DNA from: Lama glama
Lineage: Eukaryota
Direction: 5' to 3'
Assembly (NCBI GenBank): GCA_028534125.1
Contig: CM052839.1
Span: 14,198,001-14,262,000, forward strand
Length of the DNA: 64,000 bases
A program made the translations under genes and the position numbers. The stretch's first letter is position 1; the number at the start of each line of letters is the position of its first letter. This document shows, in pieces, positions 12,208 to 25,870 of the stretch. Under the pieces are notes generated by a model. It did not search any database. It had not been told where the DNA came from and was given only the letters and a program-made list of their open reading frames with translations.

Positions 12208-15200
12208 GCTGTCCTGTGGTCGGGCTCCCCAGGTGGCAGGTCACCTCTGGCTTCCTGTCCCCACCAGCCCCACCCCCCCATCCCCAGCCCCGACTTGGTC
12301 CTGGTGTCTCCATGGAAACGCCACTGTGTTTGCTCCCAGGCCTCCCACCAGTGAGGGCCAGCTTTAGCTACCTTCTCTGTGGGCGATGGGACGGTGTCAG
12401 TGCAGCCACAGCCCCTCGCCCTCGCCCTCTGCCTCTCCCACCCACGAGCACCCTCTGCGTTTCCTACCAGGAAGAGCTGGCAGCAGGGGAGTCCCTTTGG
12501 GACTGTTCCTGAGCCCTTCCTCTGCCACCTGCCCAGAGAAAGGGGTCAGACCCCAGCCCCTTCCCTCACCCCTGGGCCTCTGCTTGGCTCAGCAGTTCCC
12601 CCCGGCTCCCCCACCCCAGAAGCTCCCCTGCACCACCCCACCTCTGTCCCAGAAAGGGTGAGTCTCCCTCCCTGGACTGCTGCTCCCTGGAGAGTGTCGC
12701 ACTTTAGAAGGCTCTGGGGGGCGCCCTCGGTGGGGTCTCTCATTGAGCTGCTTGCCCAGGCCCACATCCAAGCCGGCTCAGGAGCCAAGCCTGGGACCAA
12801 GGGGTCCCCCCGGGCCCGCAAGCTCCTGGTGTGAGGAGAGTGGGAGGGCAGTGCATCACTCTGGCTGGCGGGCCCCTGGCTGGTCAGCTCTGCCTTGGTG
12901 ACCACACTGCAGGCCCCGTGCGGTCGGCCAGTCCGTGGGGGGGCAGGCACTGGGAGGGCTGGCTCTGGCCTGCTTGGGAGCTTTGTGTTTGTGAATGTGC
13001 TTCAGCCTGGCCTGTGGCAGCCTCTGTGCCACCTCCCAGGCACAGCGGCAGGGGGTTTGCACCAGGCGGAGATCCCAGTGACCTAGCAACCTCTCTCGAA
13101 GAAGGCCCCTGCACTCTCCTGCATGTGGGCCTCAGCCTCCCCTGCAGGCTGTCCTGACAGCCTGACCGCCTCCGCCCCACCCCCTCACATCCTGGGTCCT
13201 CACTGTGTCACCGTCTCCCTCTCTGGTAGGGGCAGGCAGTGGTCCAGGCCCCCCCCCCCATGCTCTTGTCCGGCAGGGCAGTGGCTGCCTCAGCTGCTTT
13301 ACTCCAGCTTGGGGGCCCCTGGCCCCGGGTCATCGTTCAGCACATGCCGCCCGAGCATAGGGGCAAAGTTTGGCCGACTCTGGCTGTTCCTGGCCTGTGG
13401 TGTGGTCAGCCTTGCTTACCTGGTGACCCAACCTGGCAGACAAGGCTAGGCCTGACACGCGGGCTCCAGGGAAGTATTTAGGATGAGGCTGAAGGGCCGT
13501 GTGCGGCACCAACAGGGCAGTTGCAGTGGAGGGTGCAGCCCTGCCCACGCCAGAACCCACACCCAGCCTGGCACCTTGCAGACTCCTCCAGAGTCGCTCG
13601 GGGTCTGGCTGGGACCCTCACTCTCCAGTCCTCAGAGGACGCCCAGAAAGCTTCTTCTTGGCACTCAGGTGACCTGACCCCAGCCCTGCCCCCGGCAGCA
13701 CCTGCCAGGCCTGCACCATCCCCAGCCCTGCTCCCGGTCAGCCTGCACCTCCCTCCTCAGCGTTTCCCAAGGGCAGGGCCCTGAGGCCAGCTTGGATGCT
13801 AAGACATCTGAAGTCGGCTGGCCTGACACCGGCTGCAGAGAAGGGGGCTGGGATGGCCCGTGTGCCCAGCCCTATGGCACAGTCTGGAGGGCGTGCCTGT
13901 GCGAGCGGGTACCTTGCCAGCCTGTGGGGAGGCAGCTGGGCCTCAGGTGGTCTGTCCTGCAGAGCCGCGGCACCCCTGAGCTAGGCCTGGCGTCCACTGA
14001 GGGAGGAGCCGGCCTGCTGCCCCTGAAGGGCTAAGCCCCAACCTGGAGGCTGAGATGCCCTTGACAGGTGCTTCAGCCCTTCCTGTCCTGAGGCCGTAGA
14101 CGCCCTGGGCCCTCGTGCTGGTACCCTTCCCTTCCGTCTGGGGTGCGTGGCCATGAGGCTGCCTGCCTCGGACCCCTGGCCAGAGCCTCCCGCCTGGGAG
14201 AAGGAGACCCTCAGAGCCACCAGCCTCCCCTCCAGTGTTAGGGATCACCGATACAGTGTGTTCTTAATTACACTAAATCATCGCTGGGATTCCTTATAAG
14301 CACTAATTATACCTGATTATAGGTTAAACTATTTATTTTGTCAAAATATTTTCTTGAGGATGTGTTTAACCTTTTCTGTGTTCTTTGTGTGCTGAGGTGT
14401 GAAAACTAACCATCTCCCGTCTGCCTTTCTGGCCAGTGGGCAGCAGCAGATGCACTGTGTGCAGTTCCCCCCGGGGCACCGGTGGGCCTTTGGCCAGCCT
14501 GCCCCAGAGCAGCCCCCGCCGGGGCCCCCAGGCACCAAGCAGGCCGAGCAGGCTGGGCCCAGCCAAGACCCGATTGACCTCCTTGTCGGCGGGACAAGGG
14601 GCCACAGAGCTGAGCGGTGTGTTGCTGGCCCACGCTGGAGGGAAAGGGGACTGTCGTCCGTTGTCTGTCCTCCTGTCGGTCTGTCTGTCAGCCCCTCTGT
14701 GTGAGCGACCATGCTGTCTGCCCTGGACCGGGCCCTGGCTCACCACCCATCCCCTCCTCACCCAGAAGTGCAGAGCAGGGGGGCCTAGGGAGGCGTGGGG
14801 CCTGCGCTGTCACTCAGGGCCTCAGCGGGAGGGTGGGGATGAGGGCTGGGTGGCCGGGTACCCACACTCGGGCTCCTCCTCCTTCCTGCCACTGCACCCC
14901 CACTTGGCCTCTGCACGCTTCTAACTCAGTCAGGCACAGCCTTCTGGATAGTTGGAGGGGGCTCAAGCCAGCAAGGGAGAGCTTCCAGGAACCCCGCGCC
15001 CTCCGCCAGCCTGTGAGTCTCTGCCCTGCCTGCTGTCAGGACTCTGGTCCTCTTGTGGGTCCCCTACGTGGGAAGAGCCAGCTTCACCACCCAGGCTGTG
15101 TGTGTGGGCCCAGAAGACGCCCCCGCAGTGCCCACCTCTCCTGGTGCCCAGCTCCCACCCTTCCTGTGCTTGGGGTGCCCAGGGACAGCTGTCAACCTGG

Positions 15201-15490
15201 AGTGTCACCATGTCTCTCCAGGCGATCCTGGAGAACGGGAGATGGATATTTATTTCCTCAAGTTTGCACTTAATTTGTGAGGGTTCTCAGGTTTGCTGTC
15301 TGGCTGCCCCCAGCCTAGCGCTCCGTCACTGTCCTGTGTCTCTTCGGGCGGGGCCGGTCTGGAGGGCGGGTCAGCGGCACCAGAGCGGCCGCCCACCTGC
15401 TGCCTCTGCTGCCAGATAGTGTCTCTCTAGTTTGGGACCCTGCATGTGAAATACTCCACAATAAACAAACAAACAGACTGTTCCTGTGTG
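12208..15490 (+). other. TOM1L2: TOM1L2 3'UTR (end approximate)
   Basis: Runs from the stop codon to AATAAA at 15460, followed by GT-rich sequence. Confidence 0.7.
15460..15465 (+). terminator. TOM1L2 polyadenylation signal
   Basis: AATAAA followed by TG-rich tgtgtgatctctgttgcgtgg. Confidence 0.7.
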
Positions 15491-15919
15491 ATCTCTGTTG
15501 CGTGGGCTGTGACTGTCCACAGGGCATGCCAGTTCTCTAAGCAGAGGCTGAGAGGGCCCTGCTGGACGGAGCAGCCGGGCAGCTCACTCCCTCCCCCACA
15601 CCCAGGCGCTGAGCCGCCCCTGTCCTAGGAGCCCCCCACCGCCTGCCTGTCGCCATTTGGCCGTCCTGCATCCTCCGGCCTAAGGCCAGCAGGGCTGGGA
15701 GAGTACTCCGGGCAGGACAGCCATGGGGGAGGGGCCTCAAGGTCCCTGGGGGGCCCTCGCCAAGATGCATTTCTCTCATACATGAACAGCCACTTCTAAA
15801 AAGGCCCAGTTAGTGGAGAAAGAAGTTTGGGAAATGCTGGAGTAGTTAGACAGTGTCAGGACTTCTTTGTTCAAGATAAGGGTAGTCTGTGGCCCAGACC
15901 TCTCAGTTAGAGAGGGCAT

Positions 15920-16260
15920 GCCTATTGGAACTTCCTTGGTTGTGGCAGAAAGATGTTTGGTTTAATCAGAAAGAGGCATTTATTGGGTTATGTAGCCAAG
16001 GAAGTTCAGGTATTGCAGGTTCCGGCACCGCTGGCTCCAGGCGCCTGGGATTCGGTTAGGAATCTGCCTCTCTTCCTCTGGGTTGCCTCTTCCACCAGCC
16101 CCAGGCTGACATCCTACGAGCACAGAGAGCTGCTGCTTTCCCAGTGGTTCCACCAGAAGTCCCAGAACATGCCCTGGGAAACCAGACTGTGAGCAGAAGG
16201 AAGCTGAGCCAGGGAGGCACACACAGTAGCTGGTCACTGCAGTGTGGATGGGCATGCCTG
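15920..16260. mobile_element. Degenerate ancient LTR fragment (LTR33/MLT-like)
   Basis: ttggttgtggcagaaag...ggtttaatcagaaagaggcatttattgggttatgtagccaaggaagttcagg resembles the recalled LTR33/MLT consensus. Confidence 0.45.
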
Positions 16261-17479
16261 GGGCACAGGCTTGGACAGAGACAAGCTTCAGGACCCCTCT
16301 TCCAGTGCTCCCTCCCCAGCCCTGGGCCGCCTCCCTCCGGGAGCGCCCAGTGGGGCTGTTTTCCGGGGGGGGGGGCAGAGTGTTAGCACCGTGGGCCCTC
16401 TCATGGCTCACGGCCCCCTGCCTGCCAGTTCCCTGCTGACACACCAGAGGAAAAGCCTCTGCAACCTGCCTCTTTTCCAAGGAGAGGGTCTCTTTGGGGT
16501 CCTCGGGCCGGGGTGGGCAGACCAGAGGCCTTAACCAGGCATGACTCACCCAGAAGTGCCATTTGCTGCAGAGGAACCCCTTCCAGCTCTTGCACAGTGG
16601 CCTTCAGAGGGTCTGAATGGGCTCCAGGCCCAGGCCCAGGCCCTCAGCACTTAGAAATCCAACTCTGTGGGACACACCGTTCCCTCCCCACCCCTCCCCT
16701 GCCTGGGACTGCAGGCCTGGGGCAGGTCCCTGAGCTCCAGTTGTGTGAAATGGGGTCATGGGGAGTTAGCCGGCTGCCTCCAGGGGCCTGCCTGGGTGGA
16801 ACCCAGGAACGGAAGGGACTGGGAAGCTCACAGGCTCCTGCTGTTGCCTGCTGTCACTCACTGCTGCTCAAAAGTCCCATGTTTCAAGAAAAGCCAGAAA
16901 TCCAGCCTACAGGTAAAAATCTACATTTGATAATGAACTCAGAATCATAACCCGTGTAGACCTGGCTCTGGCCCGCAGGTGTCAGATGAAGCCCCACTCT
17001 CATTGTGCAACAGACCTTCTGTGGAGGGTCTACTGAGTGACTTGATCGGAACAGCTGACCAGAGAGGCTCAGAGAGGGCTAGAAACGGCTTGTCCAGCAC
17101 ACAGCAGAGGTCAAACGGGAATGAGAATACCGGGTCACCCAGGACCAGAACCATCCACATCAGCAGCCATCTGGTTCCATGATGCCCAGACAGAAGTCGG
17201 GGGAACCCACTGCTCTCTCCCAGCTCTGTGCTGCCTGGCCTCCTCAGCCACGAGCTATGGCAGAATGAAGGACAAATGGCCAGGCGGGTGGCAGGGGGGC
17301 TCCGGGAGTGGGAGGGGGCTGAGCAGCTTGCTAGGCAAGGCCCAGTGCCGGCAGCCCTGGCGACTCCCGTGCCTGGCCCGCCACCCACCCCTGAGCTCAG
17401 GCATTGAGAACATGACCGCGCTGGACACCTGCCTGAAAGGCCTCTGAACCCACAGAAGATGCCTCTGCGCCCTTTGGAC

Positions 17480-17860
17480 GCCCAGGGCGGGAAGAGGCAG
17501 ATGCGAGCCGGGCCCCCCAGCCGGAACAGGAGACTAGGCCCGCCGGGAATCTGGCGGAACGCGGGATCGGGCCGGGCCTCCGGGCTGGGGGCCCGGGTCA
17601 GTCCCGCGGCGCACGTGACCCGGCCGCTGGGAGCTGGGCGCTGACGCTGCGTCACCCCACTCGGGGCAGCGCGCCCATTGGCTGCGTAGCGGGCCGGGGC
17701 GGGACTCGTCCGCACCACGCCCCCAACCCGGCGCGCCCGCTGCTCTACCGCGCCCACGTCCTCGCGGCCTCGCTCTCCTCACCTGTGAAATGGGGCTGCC
17801 GTCCTCCTGGGGAGTAAGAGGTTAACGCGGCACGCGCCCGGCCCTGGCGGGACCCTTGAG
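17480..17860. promoter_or_regulatory. CpG island with E-box, SRE, inverted CCAAT and GC boxes upstream of SREBF1
   Basis: Dense CpG; CACGTGAC 17612, GTCACCCCAC 17651-17660, ATTGG 17677, GGGGCGGG 17696. Confidence 0.65.
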
Positions 17861-18289
17861 GGGCTCCTTGAGGGGAGGGGCCACCAAGAGAAGCAGCTTC
17901 CCTGGGGAACAGAACCGAAGAATCGAACAGCAGCCCCCAGCCTGCTTCCCCCACCCTCACCTGGACGAATACCCTTCTGGTCTCAGGCTGCGCAGAGAAG
18001 TGTGTCTTTGGCGGCCAAGACCCCCTCCCCGCTCCCAAGACTGTGCCCGACGCGGGGGTGGCCGGGGTGGGGGCTTCAGCCAGGCTTCACTGGACCTGGC
18101 TCGCTTCTAGTCTGGGCTGCAGGTCTCCGTTGTCCTGGCTTCACCACCCACCCCACGCAGTTATGCGTGCATATTGACTGAGCCTGCTCTTGACATATGC
18201 GGTAAACTCCGCTAAAGGACAATGAGGCAAGTCTATTGTGACCATGACTCCAACACACACACTGCTGCCTCTGCAGAATAATGGCAGGA

Positions 18290-18385
18290 AGGAGTGTTCT
18301 CATTTTACAGAGACTCAGAAAGGTGAAGTAAGTGGTTGTAGGTCACACAGCAAGCAGGTGAAAACCTGGACTGGCCTCCTGACTC
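18290..18385 (-). mobile_element. MIR SINE fragment
   Basis: cattttacagagactcagaaaggtgaagtaa...ggtcacacagc core. Confidence 0.6.
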
Positions 18386-19424
18386 TGAAGAAAGTGATCT
18401 TCAGGCTTTCTCTCCCCAGGAAGGATGTTGGAATTTTCAGGGAGGTCACCAGATTCCCAAGGCCTCCTGGGTGCTTGGCTCCTACATGGGGTGGTGGGGC
18501 CTGGTTGGGAGGTTGAGGAGAAGTGGGATCCCTCTGTTCCCCAGCAAAAGTTTATCTGAAGGGCCAGGCCCTGGGGGACCCCTAAGCAGGGCCATTTAGG
18601 GGGCAGATGTGGTTTGGAGACTCCCATCCCCACCCTGGGTCCTGGCCACCCCTGTTCTGGGTAATTTTCCACAGCAGCCACTTCCAGGAGGGGAACAAAG
18701 AGCCCTGCATGTCCAGGCTGAGCCCCAGGGACTTGGGCCTCCAAGGCATCTCTTGGCCTGGACATCCCCCTTCCAAAGTGCACCACTAATTTTACTCCCT
18801 CAGAGGGCGTGGCCACACAGGCTATATCTGGAGTCTGAGCAAGGCAGTGCTGAGGATGGCTGGACTAACTGAGGGGTGAGGGGGCAGGCTAGGCGGGTCT
18901 GGGGATCCAGACCTGTCCCCTTGGCTGCCCTCCACCGAGGGTGCCTCTCTCTGCTTGCATACCGACAGGGACAGGGAGCTCACTGCCTTACCACTTTCAG
19001 TCCCTGAATGTTGCTGGACAGGCTGGACTTCTCCCCAGCCTGGCTGCGTCCTCTGACCTGGCCCCAGCCTGACATGATCCAAGGCTAGGTGGCCCAGATC
19101 TGAAGCACAGTCTGCCTTTTCCTCATCCCAGCTGCTCCTAGGGACCGGCACCATGATGGGAGGCAGACAGCCCTGGGGTCGGCCCTGTTGTTGCCCCTGA
19201 GTGGCAGGTTGGCTCTGTGAGTCCGCCTGTGCTCCTGGGTATGGAGGTTGGCCCACCCTCAGCAACTGGACTAGGCCCCCAAGCCCCTCTGTGATCCAGA
19301 CTCAGCTGTGGAAACCAGGAAACCAGATTAAGTCAGCCTCCTCCAGGCTCCGCCTGGACTATCCCCTCCGAGGAGGCCCATCTCACAGGCCCAGCCCGGC
19401 GGTGATCAGTAATGTCCCAGCCAG

Positions 19425-19540
19425 CCTAGGCAGAGGCATCAAGCCCCAGTTACAGCTGGGGAAACTGAGGCACAGAGTGGTGATGTAACTGGCCCAAGGC
19501 CACACAGCTGGTATCAGAGCTATAACTTGGACCGGTCCAT
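19425..19540 (-). mobile_element. MIR SINE fragment
   Basis: ggggaaactgaggcacagag...ggcccaaggccacacagct core. Confidence 0.7.
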
Positions 19541-19654
19541 CTTTTAAAGAGCCACATCGCAGGAGTGAGGTTTGTCTGTTCACCCCCCACCCCCGCTCCA
19601 AGTCAGAGACCTGTGAGACGGACCCACTCCTGGGGCTAACACTCGGTCCCGTAG

Positions 19655-20647
<993 letters not shown>

Positions 20648-21429
20648 TAGGAAACCCACGGATATTTCGTTACATCTTGTGTCGGCGCGGGGGCGGGGGG
20701 GACAACTTCGGGTAGAGCGGTGGGGTGAGACCTGAGAGTCAGCCCCAGGACCTGCTGGGAAGGCTGTCTCCCCGCAGAGGGCCTGGCAGAGTTGGAGATG
20801 CGCAGGAGGTGAGGCTGCGCAGGTGGGCTAAAGCGGACCCCTTGTTGGCCAAGGGAACGGAGGGAGCAGCCGCCTGGCCGGCATACATCGTGGAAGCACC
20901 ACTTCGGTTGTTCTATAGAGAAGGGATTTGGGGGCGACTGTGCAACAGGGACCTGTTAGGAGGCTGTTACTCCACTTGCTGATGGGGAATCCAAGCCCCC
21001 AGCAACTTGCCTCCATGGTTGCTATCCAGTTTCAGCAACGCTGGCTCAGTTACACTGGGTTGGTGGGGAAACAGGCCAAGAGCAGGGGAGTCAAACCTCC
21101 CACAACCTGGATAGGGGTGGACTTGTCCATGGAGCCTGTGGCCACCCTTGGGTTAGCAAAATAGACCCATCTAAGCCACCCACTCCTGCTCTACTGTAGC
21201 CTTGCAGATTAACCCAGCTGACAGGGCCAAGAGTCTCCAGGTCCCAGGAGGAATGAGGGTTGAGAGGAGGGTGAGGCAGGCCTGGAGTGCCAGGATGGGG
21301 AGCTGGACTGGATCCTGGAGGCAGTGGGGATCCTAGGGGGTGGGTGGGGCAGGACAGTGCCATACTTGAATTACATGCCAGAAGGTCCTTCTGGCTGTTG
21401 GGGTGGAGGGTCCCAGCATGAGTAGGGAA

Positions 21430-21642
21430 CACTAATTGAGCACTTACTGTATGCCAGGCATTGTGCTGACCATTGAGTCCGCCCAACAACCCCAAGTATG
21501 TAGACATAAGATTTTCATCTTACAGACGAGGGTCTTGAGGCACAGAGAGGTTAAATGACTTGCCCCAGGTCACACAGCCAGAACATGGCAGAGCCAGAAT
21601 TCAAACCCAGGCTGTGGACTCCAGAGCCCACAGCTCTTAACT
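21430..21642 (-). mobile_element. Near full-length MIR SINE
   Basis: gagcacttactgtatgccaggcattgtgct...gaggcacagagaggttaaatgacttgccccaggtcacacagc...ttcaaacccaggct. Confidence 0.85.
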
Positions 21643-23569
21643 GGGCTCTTAAAACTGTATGTGTATATGTAGGGGTGGGGAGGAGGGGTGTACAATAGAA
21701 CAGAGAACCTAGCAGGGTGCCCGCATGTGGGAGTATGCTGGGGGCCTGGGAGCGTGGCATAGACGGGTTGAGGTCATGTAGCTGCCTCCCCATCCCAGCG
21801 CCTTTGAGTCATGAGACTTAGGGCTGGCATCTGGGAGCCAGCCAAGGGCCTTGAGCCCCACTAGGCCCATGTGTCTTTCTCAGCCACACCCTCTGTCAGG
21901 TGACCAGATCTCCAGGCGGAGCTTTCACCGGGAATCCTGGGTTAGGTGGCTGAAGGCCCTAGCCTGGCCGCAGTGCACTGTGACCTCTGGTGAGCTCCGT
22001 CTCCTCTCGGCCGCCTTTCTTGCTCTTGCTTTGAGGTCCCTCGTGGCTGTGGGTGGAGGATATGTGGGAGTGGCCCTGCACAAGTGCCTGGGTTTATTGT
22101 TAATTCTGTGGCAGCCTTCACCTCCCTGCTGGTTAGCTCATCAGATCTGGCACATGCTTCTTGGTGTGGAAGAGGCAAGTGGCAGTGGCAGGCTGGTCAC
22201 AGTGGCCACATCCCCCATGGGGCAGGCCTGGCTGAGGGGTGGCTCTGGGCTCTGGTGGCAGCACCGCTGGCATCTCCTCTGCCTGGGCTCCTGGTGTTCA
22301 CACTGTCTTCACACCCCAGGTGTCTGCCGAGCTAGGCAGCTGCCCATGTCCCTGGTGCTGGCATCAACCACAGACCTTGCCTCCTAGGGTCCAGGCCACC
22401 CTGGTGGAGAGGAACATTCTGCCACACGTCTCCCCATGGTTTCTCGTGCCCATATCTCTCCCTGGTCCCACAAAACACCGGTCGTCTTTAGAAGACACAG
22501 CTTGACTCCTTACTGCCCAGCTCCCGGCTCCAGCACGTGGCTCCTCAGGCCCCTGACCACCATGGTTCCCCAGTGCCCCCAAGATAAAGCCCCCTCATCT
22601 CAGCAAGCCTGCCTCCTGTGAGGGTCCCCCCGCAGGTCCCACGGCACAGGCCTTCCCCGCCCGAACGCACTCTGCCCTGGTGTCGGGCCCCCTCCTGAAA
22701 GCCCTCAGGTGGAATCTGAGAGAGGCCTCTTCCAGCGGACATGTCCCGCTTTCCACTCCTTTTCCTGCCTTTTGGTACTGGCCTGCCTGACTCAGGGCAG
22801 CCAAAAGCAGAGGGCCCTCCCTGCAATGCCCTCTCTGATCGGCAGCAGGCCACCCCGGACGCGGAGACTTGGAGATGGAGGCTGTAAGACTGGCTGCCTT
22901 TTGGCCCTCACACCTCTTGGGGGACGGGGAGGAGCGGGCTGGGAGTGGTCTGGGGAGGCAGGTGGCTGGGAGTGACCTCCTGCCCGATGGTCACCTCACT
23001 GGACACAAACATCCTGAGGGACCTCGTCAACCCCAGGCAGGGGTCACTGCCGGGCAGAGGCCTGGGATCTGGACTTTGCCCCCTGAGAAGTCCGACCTGG
23101 TGGGAACTGCTGTGCCAGACAGAGGAAGTGTCTCGGTCTGTGTCTCTTGCCAGCCACAGGCCTGTGGATGTGCCCTCTGACCCCGGGATCTGACTGGGCT
23201 GTGAGACCCATGTCTCATGTGGCCCCACAGGGGGATTGTGTCAGGGGAGGGGAGCGCCTTCAAAATGGGCTTGGGGCTCCTAGGGAGGGGGCTCTTTGAG
23301 GCTGGCTCCAGGTGTGTTGCTCCCTTGCTGGGTTCAGGACATGGTGGGAGATGGGACAGGCCTGGGGGTCTATCCCCTTCCCCGCCCGGGAGAGTGTGTG
23401 GCCTGGAGAGGCCCATTCTGACCTGGAACCCTGTTCAGGCCCCCCCCCCAGCTAACTCCTAGGTTTCTCCTAGCAAGCCTGTCCCTCCCAGTCACACCCC
23501 AGGCCTGCCCTCCTGGGGCTCTGGGGTCCCCATCCCCCCTGCAGCTGGAAGGCTGGAGCCCAGGGGCCT

Positions 23570-23740
23570 TCCAGGTCTGCCCCTGCTGTGTGACCGTGGA
23601 CGAGTGGCTTAACCTCTCTGACCCTCAGGTTCTCATCGTGTCCCTGGTGTAATAGTAGAACTGGCTTCCTGGAATTGTGGGCATCAGATGAGCTCATTTA
23701 GGTCAGGACACACAGTAGGCCCTCAGTCAGTGCAGTTAGG
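23570..23740 (+). mobile_element. MIR SINE fragment
   Basis: gctgtgtgaccgtggacgagtggcttaacctctctgaccctcaggttctcatc core. Confidence 0.7.
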
Positions 23741-25519
23741 ACCATCATCACCTAACCAGGACCTGCTACCCAACACGTTTAGCTAAACGGATGTTGACAG
23801 TGTTGGAAGAGCCTGTGTTGGGAAGTTTCTGGGATGTTCTGGGCTACAGTTCCAAGTTCTGAGCATCCACCATTTGGTGATTCTCTGCATGGGAGACAAG
23901 GTGGGGCTGGGTAAAGCCAGTGGGGGCCCCGGTGCCCAGCAGGGACTGCTGTTCAGGCAGAGAACCTCCTGGAGAAGGTGTTTCTAGTTGGGGAAGCAGG
24001 GTCAGAGCAGAGCAGGTGTTCCTCAGTCTCTGGCCATAGCTGATGGTTTGCTGCACAAAACCCCTCCAGGCAGCCTTGGGAATGCAAATTACAGCACCTT
24101 TCAAGTTCCAGTCACACAGTGGTGGGAACTAAGGAAAGCGACCAAAGGTAAATAAAAATAATAAAACGCAGTGCTGGTGCTGCTCTCAGGAAAGGAGACA
24201 CGCTGCAGGAAAGGTTGTAAAGGGGCTTATTTTTCCAGAGAGCAGCCCGGCAGCTCTAAAACAGCGTGCTGCCTTTGAATCAACACACACACTTCAGGTT
24301 TAAAACAGCTGCGGAGGAACAATCCAAAAGGGGAAAAGAGGTATTTGTGTAAAGAAATGCACAGCACTGTTTAGACCAGGAATGGGGCTCGGCAGGAGGG
24401 GACTCCCCCATGTTGCCACTGCTTCAAGCCCGTGGGTTGTTTTTCAGACGCCAGAAGGAGCATGTGCCCCGAGCCCACGTGGGGGAACACGGTGTTGGAA
24501 GTGGTGCTGGCCAGCATTTTGTTGAATGGCCATGTTCAGGGTCACTTGGCCTGTGTGAGGGGGAACTGGGGTGTGGACTAGTAAAGATGAGAGGAGCATC
24601 TGAGAAGACACTGGAGCAAGTTTTAAGAGAGGAATAGGAATTTGCAGGTCGACAAAAGAGACTGGGAAGGGACTTCCTGGCAGAGGGAACCTCCTAGGCG
24701 AACAGGGCAGTGTGGCGGCGACATTCAGCAGTGAGCAGTGCTCTGAAAGTGGACTCAGATGGCGGAGACCAGCAGGGGTGGGGCTGGCAGCCTATACACC
24801 CCTCCATCTGGTCCCTTCTGTGCTCGGCCCTGTGGTCACAGAGCTGGCCCCGGCCTTGGCCCTGCCCTGACAGTCCCCTGACAGTGATGATTAGGAAGGC
24901 CTCCGAGGGGAGACTTCTGCTGGCTGAGCCTTCGAGCCGGGGCCGAGGTGCATGGGCTCGGGCGTTGGCAGGCCTGGGTTTGTGACCCAGATTCTCCACT
25001 TGGCAGCTGTGGGGCCCTCTGCACCTTAGTGTCCTTGTCCATGTAGAGGGCTCACGCCCAGGTACACCTGGGGCCCCGGTCATGGGCCATCCCATTCCAG
25101 GAAGAGCCAGCATGTGCACGCACCCCGGGCAGCCCTGCACACACAGAGGGCAGCCTGTGCCCCTGTTGCTCACAGCACCGGCTGAGGACATGTGGACCTG
25201 CAACCTGGGTCCTCGGGAGGCTTGAGGGTGTGCCAGTGGGAGCAGCAGGGATGGGTGGCAGGCTGGGTGCAGCCCGGCTCCCCCTCGCTGTCCTGTGCCC
25301 TCCACCAGGGGACAGAGGCGGAGCCGTGCTGCCGTGCTGCCGCTTCGCACCGCTGGGCGGTTTTCACAGCTGTGCAAATTTTGTAACCTGCTTGCATGGG
25401 ACACTTTGTAAATCCCTTTCCTGCCCATTTCGTGAGAATTGGTGTCCTTGGCTCAGGAGACAGACAAACGTGGGTTGGAATTCCAGCTCTTGGCTGCCTC
25501 CCCGACCCCCACCCGCTTG

Positions 25520-25870
25520 GTTCCCTCTGTTCCAGCCACACCGGCCTTCTCGCTGTCCCAACATTACACCAAGCATCCTCCTACCTCAGAGTCTTTGCAC
25601 TTGCTTTTCCTTCTGCCCAGGACATCCTTCCTCCCTCCTGGCCCATGCCCTCATTTCATACTCAGATGTCACCTCCTCAAAGAGGCCTGCCCTGACTGCC
25701 TCAGTTCCTTCATGGTGCTCGTCACCACTGCACCTCCATCACTCCAAGTGTCTGCAGACCATTGGTCTCTGTCACTGGAACATAAGCTCCATGAGGGAGG
25801 TCTCCATGCCATGTTCCTGCACCCCGGTGCCTGGCACAGGCCTGACACACAGTAGACACTTAGGAAAGGG
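25520..25870 (+). mobile_element. L2 LINE 3' fragment
   Basis: ctttgcacttgc...tcagatgtcacctcctcaaagaggcct...taagctccatgaggg...tgcctggcacag...cagtagacact. Confidence 0.75.
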
